NCBI GenBank assembly: GCA_030390025.1
Contig: JASTWF010000071.1
Span: forward strand, 992,001 to 1,056,000
DNA from: Squalus acanthias
Taxonomy: Eukaryota
Direction: 5' to 3'
Length of the DNA: 64,000 bases
In this document: one piece after another, positions 1 through 13,415 of the stretch
Numbering within the stretch: position 1 is the stretch's first letter
Layout: every line of letters starts with the position of its first letter
Program-made: the position numbers and the translations under genes
The notes under the pieces: model-generated
What the model saw: the letters and a program-made list of their open reading frames with translations, nothing else
Told to the model about the DNA's origin: nothing
Database searches by the model: none

Positions 1-2289
1 TGGCCTTCAAACAATTTTAATTTTGTTTTGTATTTCTTGCAAGATCACTGTTAAGATTGTAAATTAGTTCATTTCCGCCCCCCCCAACTTTTACAGTTCA
101 CAATACATTTTTCTTGCACCAATCTCCAGCCAAGGGGACACACCAGGACTCCGCCAGTACCACTCTTACTACAAGAGTTGCAGTGGTCACCCTTAATCCT
201 TCCCTTTGAGTAGGGAAAGCCTTCACCTTCAACCTTCCCACTCCATCAGCTTGGTGAAGATCAGGAACTCGCCAGGTGTGAAAACTGGAGCGATATCATA
301 TACTTGTATCCTACCACTCCATGCAGTACAATATTTGCTGGTAAACCAACACACTTTGTTGATGTGTCTACAGTTTTGAAATCAAATGGGAAGAATATTG
401 TTTTGTTGTTGGGTATTGATGTACTTTGAAAAACTATACCCAAACAGGTTTTATCTGCAAGACTGCAGAAGGCATTTACATCTAACGCACAGATAGCACA
501 ACACAGCTAAATGCCAGCTCTAAAGATAAGCAGCAAGTCTGAAGATTATGTAACTGAAACAAACTAGTTTTCTATATATTCTGTGAAGATAGGGGTGACA
601 TCATCTGCTAGCCAAGTTCACAAATGCACTGACTTATCACTGATAAAAAGAGGGGAAGGAAGATAATGTTTTGGACAGGAATATTTTGTCAGAGGGGCAA
701 AAAGTGGAGTTTGGCACCACCATGTGGATAGACATAAAATGTATCTGGCGTTCTGATAAGTAAATTCAGCTGTCGGCTCCCCCAGTGGCTCAGTGAACTC
801 ATCCAATGGGTAACATCAACGTACAAACCAGCAAAGTCCCAGATTCAATTCCCACAGCCTACGCAGACTTGTTTGATTGCACACGTGACAACAGCAGTCG
901 AGTTGTGTCAATTGACCACTGGGTTTGAGAGACAGGGGAAAAAATGGCCACTCCTGACCAATGTTCCCTTTAATTATTTTTGGATGCGTGGCCCCTTTAA
1001 GGGGCTGTGCGGCCCGTTCAAAATAGCAGGCATGTGCGTTTTTTTCCCTATTTAAAAGCCGGTGAACCGGCTGCACAGGAGCTGCACGGCCAAGCAGCTC
1101 CTGACTGCTATACTGCTACTGAGAATGCTTGGATCATGACAGGATCGGGTTTAGCTATGATGCCCTCCACAGTCAAACAGGCTGCTAAGATTCACCATCG
1201 AGGTCCACACATCAATTACTTAGGCATGGTAATACAGGATAATCCCAGCCTGTGGAACCCTACCCCTGAAAGCACTTTATGTCTTCAGCAGTAGAGGGAA
1301 GGAATTGGGAAGAACAAAACCAATAAATAGTTTTCTGATGAATGTTGGACATCCTAGAGAATTAAGGGCTAATAATCAAACTTCCTTGTAACTTGGAACA
1401 ACAGGCTCTCTGATATAAACAAGATAGCTTCAGGGTGCCACAGGAGAAAGCATAGCCTGTCTTCTGCTTTTGATGTCGGAGTATCATCTACAAGAAATGC
1501 TTGTATAAGGAAATAAGTGACTGGGAAGAGATCAACCATGGATGATTAAAGTATAACTTTAGTGGCTAGTGTAATAAACATAGGCAGAGGGATCTATTAA
1601 CTATAGTGTGGAAAGATAACATTAGAACAGTTGAGTCAGGAATACTTGTTTGTGAAAAGAATCTTTGAAGTAAACAACTTCGACTGTTTACGTTAATAGA
1701 CTGTTTTCAAAGGATTCAGGAACAGATACATCATGAGATGCACCTTATCTGTGACATGTACCTTTGATGTAGGCAAAATATGGTGTATAAAGGAGCAAGG
1801 TTATCAACAGTTCTTCAGAGGGCTCGAAAGATAGGACCAGAAACCGAAAGCCACTCTGCGCCCAGTTGGGCCGATCACCTATACTGTGCATCAATAAAGT
1901 CTGTTCCGTATACTCCACCATCAAGTGTCTTGTGCTTACTCGAAACGGGTCGTGAACCAGAGAAGGCAGGAGGTTGACCAACAGCTCAATGTTAACAATG
2001 AACAAGACATTCAAGACATCAAATATTTCGGAGCAGCGGCAGATATTTTAGCACATGCTTAGTACTGCATTGTATTCCAGAGGGGTGGAAGATTTTCATC
2101 CCAGGGAGATGGGGGGTCACAATTTGCACTCAAGATCCCCCAGCAGGGAAAGTAGAGGCAGGACACTCAGAAACTGCAGGGAACATTTACATAGTGCTTT
2201 TTTTTTTAAATCAGTTGTGTTCTCAATTTGTATACAAACACTGCAGCACACTGGGCCCTTTAGATCACGTTTTTAAAATATTTTTGCTC

Positions 2290-2630
2290 CCTCAATGGCC
2301 TCGTGGATAAAGTCAGCACCTAATGGGCTAAGTCAGACAGGACAGAAGGCTCAATTCCTGGTCTGTGGGGAGTTAGCGAATCTCAGCTAGGACAATAGTT
2401 GAGGTGCTACAATTGATGAGTGATTCAGGCTCGGAAGGGGGACAGAAATTACCGACACCAGATTGCTACCCAGTGACCCCCTGCTGCAAAGCGTCTGTGT
2501 ACATAGGCTGAGCAAGGAACGTTTCAGACTCTGCTGCAATGCACTACTGTTGTCAAAATATCCCACCTAGGATTATGGAAGAAAAATAGCCCCTTGGGAA
2601 AAGTACTGGAGGGCTGCTGACATCCACAGA
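2290..2630 (+). mobile_element. LF-SINE-like relic
   Basis: GGTCTGTGGGGAGTTAGCGAATCTCAGC...GGTGCTACAATTG...CCAGTGACCCC resembles the LF-SINE consensus as I recall it. Related relics at ~5690-5930, 40890-41075, 46350-46680(-) and 62970-63290(-). Confidence 0.6.
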
Positions 2631-2634
2631 ATTC

Positions 2635-3030
2635 TACCGGAGAAGCTGAGCAGAGAAGGCGGAGCAGATTTGATAGAGGTGTTTACTTATTCTATCTAAA
2701 CCCTTCGTAATTTTAAAGAGTTTCCAATGGCTAGAGGATCGATAAACGCAAGGCACAGATTTAAGGTGATTGGCAAAAGAACCAGAGGCGACATGAGGAA
2801 AAACTTTTTTTATGCAACAAGTGGTTAGGAGTTGGAACGCGCTGCCCGAGAGGGTGGTGGACACAGATTCAACAGCAGCCTTCAAAAGGGAATTGGATAA
2901 ATACTTGAAGTAGAAAAAATTGCAGGGATTTGGGGAAAGAGTGGGTCGAACAGGATTGCTCTTTGAAAGAGACGCTGCAGACTCGACGGGCCGAATGGTG
3001 GTCTTCTATGCTGTACTATTTTATGATTCT
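2635..3030 (+). mobile_element. CR1 LINE 3' fragment (degenerate)
   Basis: Similar to the other CR1 3' ends; TATGATTC-type tail. Confidence 0.7.
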
Positions 3031-3904
3031 ACATCTCTGCAATAGCCAACATCTCCAGGAGAGAAAGGATCAAGTCTGACTAGTTTAGGAATACCACACT
3101 TCACTGATTTATAGTTTTTGTGTTTCTATTCACTTCAAATGGGATGGCTCAGATTTTACAAAAGTAAAACCAGTTATGGCATATGCATTAAATATCAAAA
3201 GCAAGTCTGACTTAAACTTGAGTAAAATGATTAATACTCAAATATCCGGTTCTTAATCTTGAAATCTACAATAACGTCAAATACAAAGCCAGCACTTCAT
3301 AAGACGGCAATGCTGAACAGCTCCTGTGCATGGTGCTGCTGAGCTAGTTAACAAAAAAATCGGAGCCGTGCCACAAGCGCAGTCTATTTAAACAGCGCAC
3401 TACAGCAAATTTAAAGAGAGTCTCTATGAAGTACAGCAAACAGAACTCAGGAGTGAAACAACAGCAACGTCTCCCGATAACAGCAGGATTGTTTCTCCAG
3501 CAACATGCAGTGAGCGAAGGATAGTTACACAATACAAATGATGCGGGTAAAATCAATCCCAGTCACTCCGAGCGTGAGCGACGGGGGAAATTACCCAATC
3601 ATCTCCATTCGGACCGGGAAAAGAGGCGCCACAATACGCATGCCAGAAAAATAGCCGCTTGGCTGATACTGGAGTGTGCCTGTGGACCCATACCTCATCC
3701 CTCATGAAAGGAAGAGGAGAAAACTGGGAGAGCCAAGGTGGGTGGGGGTAAACCTTGATCAATCACATTTTGCAGATCTTATTTTTCTGGGGGATTACGA
3801 CAGTCCAACACCATGCTCCCCGTTACTTAATTAATGGAGTTTTCTTAGTCACATTCATTTGATAAAGCCATCAAAAATATAGTAACTAAAATAGGAGTTA
3901 TTAC

Positions 3905-4034
3905 CGTCCCACGCTTTCTTATGAGTTTCTTTTGCTGCCTGTTCAGGCTTCTCTGCAGCTTCCTTTATTGCTTTCAGTGATTCAACCTGCGCTTCCCAGG
4001 TACCCTTGTTCTTCTGTAGCTCTGCAAGCGTTTT
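3905..4034 (-). CDS. PRKCSH: PRKCSH coding exon 6 (gene presumably continues beyond the window start)
   Basis: 130 nt; KTLAELQKNKGTWEAQVESLKAIKEAAEKPEQAAKETHKKAWD; cag acceptor, GTAAT donor. No later exon recognised in 1-3900. Confidence 0.93.
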
Positions 4035-5362
4035 CTGCGGAAACACAAGAAATCAAGCGCACTTCAATTTTTATTTGGCTAAGTTTTGCTGCGCCGAAGT
4101 CGAGTGATGTCACTGCTCGGTCGCCCAATTTTGGCATCATGGGTCACCGTCACCCCCACGCAGGTACAGCCATGCTTCCTTTGACTTTGCCGTTATTAAC
4201 GCTCCTTACACCTTTTTGAAGACGCGTTGAGATGGGTGTTAAAGATCCCGCAACGCACTCGGAAGAGGACCAGGGAGCTCTCCTGGTGCCCAGGCCAACA
4301 TTCATCCTTCCCTCAACATCACCAACATAGATTAACTCGTTATTATCTCAGAGTTCTGACGAAGGGTCATCGACGTTCACTCTGTTTCTCTCTCCCCCAC
4401 AGGTGCTGCCTGACCTGCTGAGCGCTTCCAGCATTTTCTGTTTTTATTTCAGATTTCCAGCATCCGCAGTATTTTGCTTTTTTGTATTATCGCACTGCTG
4501 TTGGAAATCTTGCTGTGCATTCGCCTGCATATATGGTGACTGCACTTCTGAAGTCACTTGTTGGCTGCGAGGCACTTGGGATATCCGAAGGATGTGAAAT
4601 GCACTATGTAAACGCAAGTTTTTTTTTATGCTACATCAAACCAGGATCAAGCACATGGTTCTCTCTCACTTCCACCGCACCGCTCCCACCGTCCTCACCA
4701 CACACAGCCTGTTGAAGCTCATTATTCAGACTTGCATATGCCAGTCTAATAAAAGTCATGGCTGGGAAAAGGCCATTCAGCTCATCCCTTAGGAAAATGC
4801 CAAAGATAATTCTTTCTCTGATACAGTATCTTAGTACAGTTATATTGGCAACTTTGAATGAAGAACGGCCAGGTGAATGAGGCACCAGAGAGTTGCCGAT
4901 GCCTGTGAAACCATATCCCATAGGTGAGTTATAAGATAAGTGGGAGGTGAAATTATTTTTAAAAATAGAAAGGTAAGCTTCAACTCACCTACACACTGGG
5001 GCTGGGAGGGAAGAGGGGAAAGCAAAGCACTTTTTAAATCTTTATAAACAGGAAGACATTTATGAAATGTACACACACCCACCCCTCGAGAAAGGTTATA
5101 ACAATTTACGTCACTTTCCAGTGAATCAAAAGAGAAGTTCTCATGAGTGACATTAAATTGAATATAAAAGGAGACTGGGCATGCACACGTGCAGCCCTTT
5201 TTTAAATTGCGCAGTTGAAAACTGGGCATTTACTGCGCTCAGTGCCGCTTATTTAATCAAGTACTCAACCAATTAAATAACCTTTCAACACCTACAAGGC
5301 CCAACAGGTCAAAGTCTCCTCCATTCACTTAGAAAGAGCTTTAAAGCAGAGTAGGAGCAAAC

Positions 5363-5480
5363 CTGTTTATCTTCTCTGCTTTTCTTTGCTTCTTCAATGA
5401 GCAGCTGCTTCTGTTTGAATCCTTCTTTTGCAATTTCTGCCATTTTCTTAAAGGTTTCTTTCTCTTGGCGCCCTTGTTCC
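5363..5480 (-). CDS. PRKCSH: PRKCSH coding exon 5
   Basis: 118 nt; (K)EQGRQEKETFKKMAEIAKEGFKQKQLLIEEAKKSREDKQ; coiled-coil region; phase consistent. Confidence 0.93.
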
Positions 5481-6964
5481 CTGTTTTGGTCAAAAGAGTG
5501 CACAAAGATTGCTTCAGCTCCTGGGACATGTCCAGCCGCTTTGATTAAAATGCTCAGAGACAGACAAGTGGCCCACAAGAAAGTTACCGAGTTCACATCC
5601 CCAAAGGGCAGTAGTTCAACTTTTCTAAAAATGTGAATGGAGTTTCCTTCTATCAAGTTCAGCAATGGTGCACCTCAACTATCAGTTTCTACAAGTAATG
5701 CCCCTGACTGTTCCTTGCGTTTGCACTGAGTTAGTTAATCGCGGCCAAGGGAACAGTAGGGGGGGGGCGCTATAATTGACTGCAATGTCACTGAGCTAGG
5801 GTGGAGAATAAAAACCAACCATGTTCCTGTTCAGTAAGCCATTAGGCAAGCGCAAGGGCAGAATTAGACCCAGCTGTGATGTTTATCACAGTTGAATAGC
5901 CTACCAACACACATCGCCAAGACCCACAAAGACAAAGTGACCAAGCTGCTCCAAACGCAGAATCAGCACCTTCAGGAAAGGAGGGGGGACAAAATTGGCA
6001 GAAAAGTTCAAACATGTGAACAGAGAAAGGCTTCACATTCAAAGTACTGACCCTCTTTAGTGGTCATGTTAACGTGCTACCTGTGCAGATTATTAGCTAT
6101 TATGCTAGAAATAGCAGAGTAGGGAAAAATCAGCTAATTTAAAAGGAAAGGAAGGTAAAGGGGGACAGGAAAGTGGGAGCAAGTGACTTTTGAACAGTTA
6201 TTTTTATATTGGAGAAAAAAAAATATACTGAGAAAAATCTTGTTTGGAAATTGACAATTTTCTAACCACGGAGACTCACCAGGTCATGTTTCGCTCATGC
6301 CAGGCCGCTCCGTCCCATCTCTGAGGCCCGAGAGCCAGTCTGAAGTCAAGGACTTCTTTGCAATCATGGGGTTAATCTAGGAGACTTCCTGTCAGTGATA
6401 TCATGGCCAGCAGCCTGGTGGGACTCCTTCACAGATGAAAACGTAATCCCTGCTAGAGCTTCCAGTGTCTTTAATGGCGCACTTACCCACGGGGATTGAA
6501 TTGGACTATACAAAATAAGCTGCAGGGGAAAATCTACAGCACCTCCCAAAATAATCCCTAAATTTAAAGAACCAACATTTTTCAACTCTTCAGCATATTA
6601 GCATGTGCACAAAATTTGCAAGAGTTGCAATGACAGTGGTGAGAACAGACAACAGCCAGAAAGTGCAGGAATGCAGGTAGCTGGTGGGAGGGACAATGGG
6701 GGTTGGGGGAATCAGTCAGCAGTTTATACAGGTATGAATCTGAATCATCAGCAGGGGACCTAGTCTTGAAGTGGCTCCAATTTGTACCAGTTGAAAATCT
6801 ACAGTTTGGTTAATTTATCATGACAATGGAAAGCGCTTTTCTCTCCAATGTTGTGCCAAAGTTGACCTCCATTTGTTCCGATAAATACAGCATTCAGGTA
6901 GTCCATTATAAAATGTGTCTCTTCTGCAGTTACTGACAATGACAGATCAACGTGGCATACTTAC

Positions 6965-7022
6965 TTGCAGGTATTTTCACATGCAGCACCATCGTTGTAC
7001 TCATCCGTAGTATCACAGCAAT
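6965..7022 (-). CDS. PRKCSH: PRKCSH coding exon 4
   Basis: 58 nt; DCCDTTDEYNDGAACENTC(K); tag acceptor, GTAAGT donor. Confidence 0.95.
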
Positions 7023-9211
7023 CTACAAAAGGTGACAAGAAAGGAACACTGTACTTATGCAATGAAATCGTGTTCTAAGCAAGACAATGATTCGGTGTGC
7101 TCAGCAACCATGACAATTTCAGCCAAGTCTGCCACAATTTAACGGTTAAGATGCACCAAATAGACTGAAGCCACATAACGATAGCAGCAAGTATTCCAGT
7201 TCTGAAAAGGGCTGTTCATACAGCAAGATCAGGTCTGACCCACATCGACCTTCCACTGATGGCTCAGCTCACAGCTGGGTTAAGACTGCGAGTGACTGAG
7301 CCACACACAGAGCAGCAAAATCCATAGCTGCAGACAAAAGCACAATTCCCGGAGATGTCAGTTCTACCCTAATTTTTTGGCTATGCCGCAAGCAGAGATA
7401 GGTATCGTCAGTAATTGGGATGGGGGAAGCAGGGAGCAGTGCCCAGTAACTGGCTCAGAGGAGATCGTCTGCGAGGAAACTCACAAAGAAAGGACAGAGG
7501 CAAACAATGGAGGCTTAAAATGGAAGGGCGAGGGGGAAATAAATCTATACAAGTGGTAGAACCTAACTCGGCATGAGGTGTGTGAACATCTGGTCATTTA
7601 ATCAAATAAGTTAGATCTGAATAATGAGAAGCCAAAACAACAATAAATTAATTAGTTATCTCAAAATTAAAAGAAATAGTTTGTCACAGCCCAGCCAAGC
7701 TGTTACAGCGTTTAGCCTTTTCAATGTTATAGCGGGCATCATCCTGCTATCACTCAGCTCTATCGACAGCCTGAATGGAGCTGCACTCGGGGGTTTTTGT
7801 GCAGCTGACAGCTCAACTTGGCACGACCGTTACTGTGCGCGTCATTAGCACAAGGCAATGGTCTACAATTCCCCTCATTTCGAAGGAAGTACGAGCCACC
7901 AGTTTCACCTTTCGGCTCTCTAACCAGCATGATTTTCACTGTACAGTACTGTAGAAGATCTTTATACTGCGTATGTGGCTAATATCGCAACCAGGTAATC
8001 GGTATCTCACATGTGGGATGTGGAACTTGCTTTTCTCCCCCTCCTCCTTCCTTGAAACTGTTAACTCGGACTGGTGAAAGGTTGCTCAGGCACCAGCACT
8101 GAAAAGCAATCAGGGGTGGGAACGCTTACAGTTGCTTTCCACTCTAGGGACACCGATTCCAACTGCAGTGCCCCAACTTGGTGGAGATTAGCCAACACTG
8201 TGCAGTACGGGAAAACAAACCCAAGATCATCTGGTCTGCATGGCTTGACGCCACACCAGGTGGCATGTCGACCCACTGGAGGCCAGAGGAACTACAGAAA
8301 ACAACCCGACTCCAACCACTTTCTAAAAAGCTATGAAGAGGCTTTTTTTTTTAAATATAAAAGAAATTCAAGCAGCTATGCATCACTCAGCAGCAAGCAC
8401 CACCTAGAACCATATCAACTGGTACTTAACTGCTGTTAATCTGAGCAAATCATCCCAGCTAGCACAATGCAAGAATGAAACTCAGCAGCCCACGTCACAG
8501 AAGTACGAGGATCTCATTAGGATTTTACTAAAGTGTGAAATTTTCATTGGGTCTATTTGACCTGAAAACATCCAGTCATAATTTGAGTTTATCTTCCTGA
8601 ACTTCAGTAGTGTCTTTGCCAGAGCATTTTGAACTACCCTACACTAGAGTGAAGCATGGGTGGTGGTGGTGGTAGTAGTGGAAACAGTTTACAATGAATT
8701 AAGAGCACCACACAAGAGACTTGCCGGTATACCATTAAAACATAACTTGTGGTCGGTAAGACGGCGCACTGTCAGAGTATGCCGTCATACCACCTTCGAA
8801 ACTGACCGCAAGTTCGGGGTTTCCACATGCGCTAAATCCCGAAATTGCAATCTGTCAAGTTAACAAGGCTTTGCTGTGACTTTCACCTCCTGATAGGAAT
8901 CAACGTGCTGGCGAAAAGTTAAGTTAATTGCCCAGCTACTCCAAACTAATTACGCTGAAAAATTTTAAGTCTTGTGCAAACAGACGCAGGAAGCCTGTTG
9001 CACAGTGCAAGGGGATCGGAACAGACTTTTTTTTTTAAGAACAGAGTGCTGGAAATCTTGCATTAAAAAAAGTACAGGAAATATTGGAAATACACAGCGG
9101 GATATGTTCCATTTAATTTTAATTTGTAAAATGCCAAAAAAAATCAACTGTTTTATCAAATGAACATTTATTCTGATTTCTGAACAAAATTTCTTGACAT
9201 GGAGCCACATA

Positions 9212-9539
9212 CAGGAAACTCTCATTTAAACGGCACCTAAATATCCAGAATTCTCTATTAACCGGCAAAATTCAGGAGTAGGTTCAGGTAAGTTTTACTG
9301 TATATTAGTGGCCATGTAACCGGGGTTCCTGCACCTGTGGCCGTGTAACAGGGACTCCTGGATCTGTGGCAGTGTAACCGGGACTCCTGCACAAGTGGCC
9401 GTGTAACCGGGGGCTCCTGCACAAGTGGCTGTGTAACAGGGCTCTCGTACCTTGGTAGGAAAACATCTCCGTTATCCGGAATTTTTAATAAACCGGCACC
9501 ATCCCGGTCCCGTAGGTGCGGATACCAAAGAGTTTCCTG
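9212..9539. mobile_element. pogo/Tigger-type MITE
   Basis: TA|CAGGAAACTCT ... AGAGTTTCCTG|TA; internal ~29-bp tandem repeats at 9310-9450. Confidence 0.75.
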
Positions 9540-9695
9540 TACTTTGTACAAATAGACCATTAAGTCACTGAAAAGGATGTTAACTGCAAGAGTGGAAATC
9601 TGTGCAACTCAATTATCCTCCATTATTATTGCTTTCTGTACATCGGCACAGTATAAAGTGCAAAAATGCAATTGAGGGGTTTGGTGAGATTTATA

Positions 9696-10450
9696 TATAG
9701 AAAAATAGGAGCAGGAGTAGGCCATTCAGCCCTTCGAGCCTGTTCCGCCATTCAATATCATGGCTGATCCTCTATCTCAATACCATATTCCCGCTCTCTC
9801 CCCATACCCCTTGATACCTTGTGTCTAGAAATCTATCTATCTCCTTCTTAAATATATTCAGTGACTTGGCCTCCACAGCCTTCTGTGGTAGAGAATTCCA
9901 CAGGTTCACCACCCTCTGAGTGAAGAAATTTCTCCTCATCTCAGTCCTAAATGTCCTACCCCATATCCTGAAACTGTGACCCCTCGTTCTAGACCCCCCC
10001 AGCCAGGGGAAACATCCTCCCTGCATCCAGTCTGTCTAGCCCTGTCAGAATTTTATACGTTTCAATGAGGTCCCCTCTCATTCTTCTAAACTCTAGTGAA
10101 TACAGGCCTAGTCGACCCAATCTCTCCTCGTACGACAGTCCTGCCATCCCAGGAATCAGTCTGGTGAACCTTCGCTGCACTCCCTCTATGGCAAGTATAT
10201 CCTTTCTTAGGTAAGGAGACCAAAACTGCACACAGTACTCCAGGTGTGGTCTCACCAAGGCCCTGCACAACTGTAGTATGATATCCTTGCTCCTTTACTC
10301 AAATCCTCTTGCAATGAAGGCCAGCATACCATTTGCCTTCCTAACTGCCTGCTGCACCTGCATGTTTGCTTTCAGTGACTGGTGTACAAGGACACCCAGG
10401 TCCCTCTGTACATCAACATTTCCCAATCTATCACCATTTAAATAATACTG
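9696..10450 (-). mobile_element. CR1 LINE 3' fragment
   Basis: LVRPHLEYCVQFWSPYLRKD...TRGH translation plus the CR1 3' stem-loop. Confidence 0.9.
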
Positions 10451-11434
10451 TGACAATAATTTTGTAGTTACCAAAGCCCCAAGGGTAATGTCTCAGCCTT
10501 GCAACATACTCCGACACTATTTTAAATGAGCAGAAACAGCCTTGTGTGGTTCCATTGATGGTAAACTTTGTGCTATCACTGCTAAGTTTCTGCCATGCAG
10601 CTTCGCATCAAGGAAAATAAGGTGTGGGCGGCTGAAGTGAAAGGAAGGAGCAGTTTAAAAAGCCTGAAGATTCTAATAGTTCAATTGGAGAGCATGCAAA
10701 CCATAACATTAAAAGGGGAAAAGCATGAACTGTTGTCAATACTCAAATGGTAACAGTTGCTACAATAAAACATCTGGTATTGGCAACGTGAGCTACGAAA
10801 TCAGGTGCTGAAACAAGCAAGGCTCATAGATTCCTCCATACCAAGAGCATGTGATGATGGGACACCCAAGTAGGCTGGGCCAAGAACATAGGTCTGAAGT
10901 GCTATTATTGAATGAATAAATAATCGTCAATGGTCATACTTTGTTCTCAGGCACATCTGGGTCACAAGAATCCACAGTCAATTAAGCCTAGAATCCCTTC
11001 CCACCAATATGGAGTCCCCACAATTAGTTCATCCTAAGGTGTCCAGGCCACAACTTTATTGACAATAGCCTAAAAAAGAGGCCAGATTTGCAAACGTTTG
11101 TCTTGCCAGAACCTAGAAATGAACATAATCTTCCCAGACTGGATTATTTTCTAGGTTGAAAATGGAGCCGGCTACTGTCAAAACAGTTTCCTGGAAACTA
11201 ACAGCCGGACTTAGCGCTACAGAAGTTACAAGGGACAGGCTAACTTCAAAAAAGCATGGTGATAATAGGAAAATAAATACCCAATATTATTTTACAGCTA
11301 TACCAAACCCCTTTTTTTTTTAAAATTGAAAGCAGAGGACCAAATCCTTACTCCCATACAGCCAGGCTAGCCCACTCGTCAGAAGTCAGGTTGCAGTCGA
11401 TCATATTGTACTACCATCGCACAAGAGCTCTTAC

Positions 11435-11530
11435 CACAAATGCCATCATTCACACGGGAAGATGGAATGTAATGAGGTCTGTGGCCAGCGTTGGTGCAGT
11501 GGAAGCTACCATTTGGACAGGCCGCCGTTC
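11435..11530 (-). CDS. PRKCSH: PRKCSH coding exon 3
   Basis: 96 nt; [32 protein letters not shown]; canonical splice sites. Confidence 0.96.
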
Positions 11531-11877
11531 CTAGCAAAAAGAAATCAAAAGTCAGACATTGCAACAACTCACTTACACAGCATAGCTAACCTTCCCACCA
11601 GCTGTACAAAGGGGAAGCAGACACTCAGCAGGAGCTGGGTGCACAGTTAGTGGGGGGGGGCGGGGTGACTGAAGGCACAGTCGGAGAGATTTGTTTTTGG
11701 GGTTTTTTGGAAGGTGAATGCAGAACATGAGGCAAAGGGATTTTGAGATAGAATAATAGCATTATGGCTGGATCTGCTACCAAGGGCGGAGCAGAGGGGC
11801 AGGTTGATGCAGGGCAGGCGGAAAGAAGGGCGGCGAGCTGGGACACAGGGCAGAAGGAGGCTGAGGTAGGTAGCTAG

Positions 11878-12205
11878 AAAGAAAGACTTTCATTTTATAT
11901 AGCACCTTTCACGGCCTCAGGACGTCCCAAAGCACTTTACAGCCAATGAAGTACTTTTTAAAGTGTAGTCACTGTTGCGATGTCGGAAACACAGCAGCCA
12001 ATTTGCGCACAGCAAGCTCCCACAAACAGCAATGTGATAATGACCAGATAATCTGTTTTTAGTGATGTTGATTGAGGGATAAATATTGGCCCCAGGACAC
12101 CGGGGATAACTCCCCTGCTCTTCTTTGAATAGTGGCCATGGGATCTTTTACATCCACCCGAGAGCGCAGACGGAGCCTCGGTTTAACGTCTCATCTGAAA
12201 AACTA
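11878..12205 (-). mobile_element. DeuSINE (SacSINE1-like), 5'-truncated
   Basis: Reverse complement of the 13416 copy's core and tail. Confidence 0.85.
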
Positions 12206-13415
12206 AATTTACCTCCTGTGGCATTGCTCATGGGATATGGGTATTTCGCCACAACTGGGGGCACAGATTGGCAGGCAGTGAGGATCAACTGTTACATGGA
12301 CTGGACCCCCCAAAAAGCCAGGAGGGGAGAAAGCACACATCTGGGGAAGATGGTAAGAGCAACATTAAGGGGCACAGTTAGCGTGGTAATGAAAGGCGAG
12401 AAGAGGAGGCTCCAGGGATGGTGCAGAAAGCCTGGCATGCGGGTGCCGAGAGACAGAGGCGCCTGTGGAAGCAAAAGCTGATAAATGTATGGAAAGATGC
12501 ATCAGGTAACTGTATTGGTAAGTTCTGTATTTGTTTTTTTGAAATTCTGTATGCATTTATTATGTTATATAAATGTTATTTTTTTACGGGTATATCGTAA
12601 GCTTGGAAAGAAAGGACACAGCCACTGACAGCTTTTCCTACCAGTTTATTTTTGCAAATCACATACTCTTTTGAGCAAATCAGAAAAAGTTATTTCGATT
12701 GTAAAATCATCCATGTGAGACACGGTGTGGGGGTGGGGGGGGTGGAAATCACAGATTGATACTGCAGTAGCTGGAGATGCAATTAGGAATAAAAACAGAT
12801 TATGAAGGACAGTATGCTAACCTGCTCCATCACCCAGTCTCCAGGATACTGATGCAAAGATGCACAAGCGGATGCCCTCCCCCGACATGTACTTTAGTCA
12901 CATACAAATTTCATTTGCATCATTCAGGAGCAATCAATACACCCGTCAAGTTGTGCAATTTCTCAACACTAGAAACACTTGAATGATCAGTTTTGCACCA
13001 TTTTTTTTTTTAAATGTCACTTCCATACCAGTGGTTACATTATACAGTTTATACTGGGCCTTTTCAGACTCGGGTCAATGCTAAAGAAATGAACGAAGCA
13101 TTAACGCGTTGAAATGTGCGGAGCAAAATTTCAGGTAAAATGGCGTACAACTTCTTGACTTTTGAGCTCGCTCGACAAAATACAACTTCGGGCAGCAAGA
13201 GAATACAATGTTTGCGTGCCAGCACGCAGTGACACAATGGCTGGAAGCAGATTTAATTCCTGAATAGAAACAAATTCACCAAATTAAGCTGCTTATTTGT
13301 GCTTAAGATTCAAGGGTCTTTTCATAAATAGCAATGCCTGGATCTGAGAATATGGTGGTATTAACTTTGAGGTAAAGAGGGATGAGCACAGATATGTTTG
13401 TAGTTTACTTTGTAG

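Noticed and set aside
1-3900. Next PRKCSH exon (EF-hand region)
   Set aside because: No AG/GT-bounded frame resembling the expected sequence was found; a candidate acceptor near 1488 gives unrelated protein.
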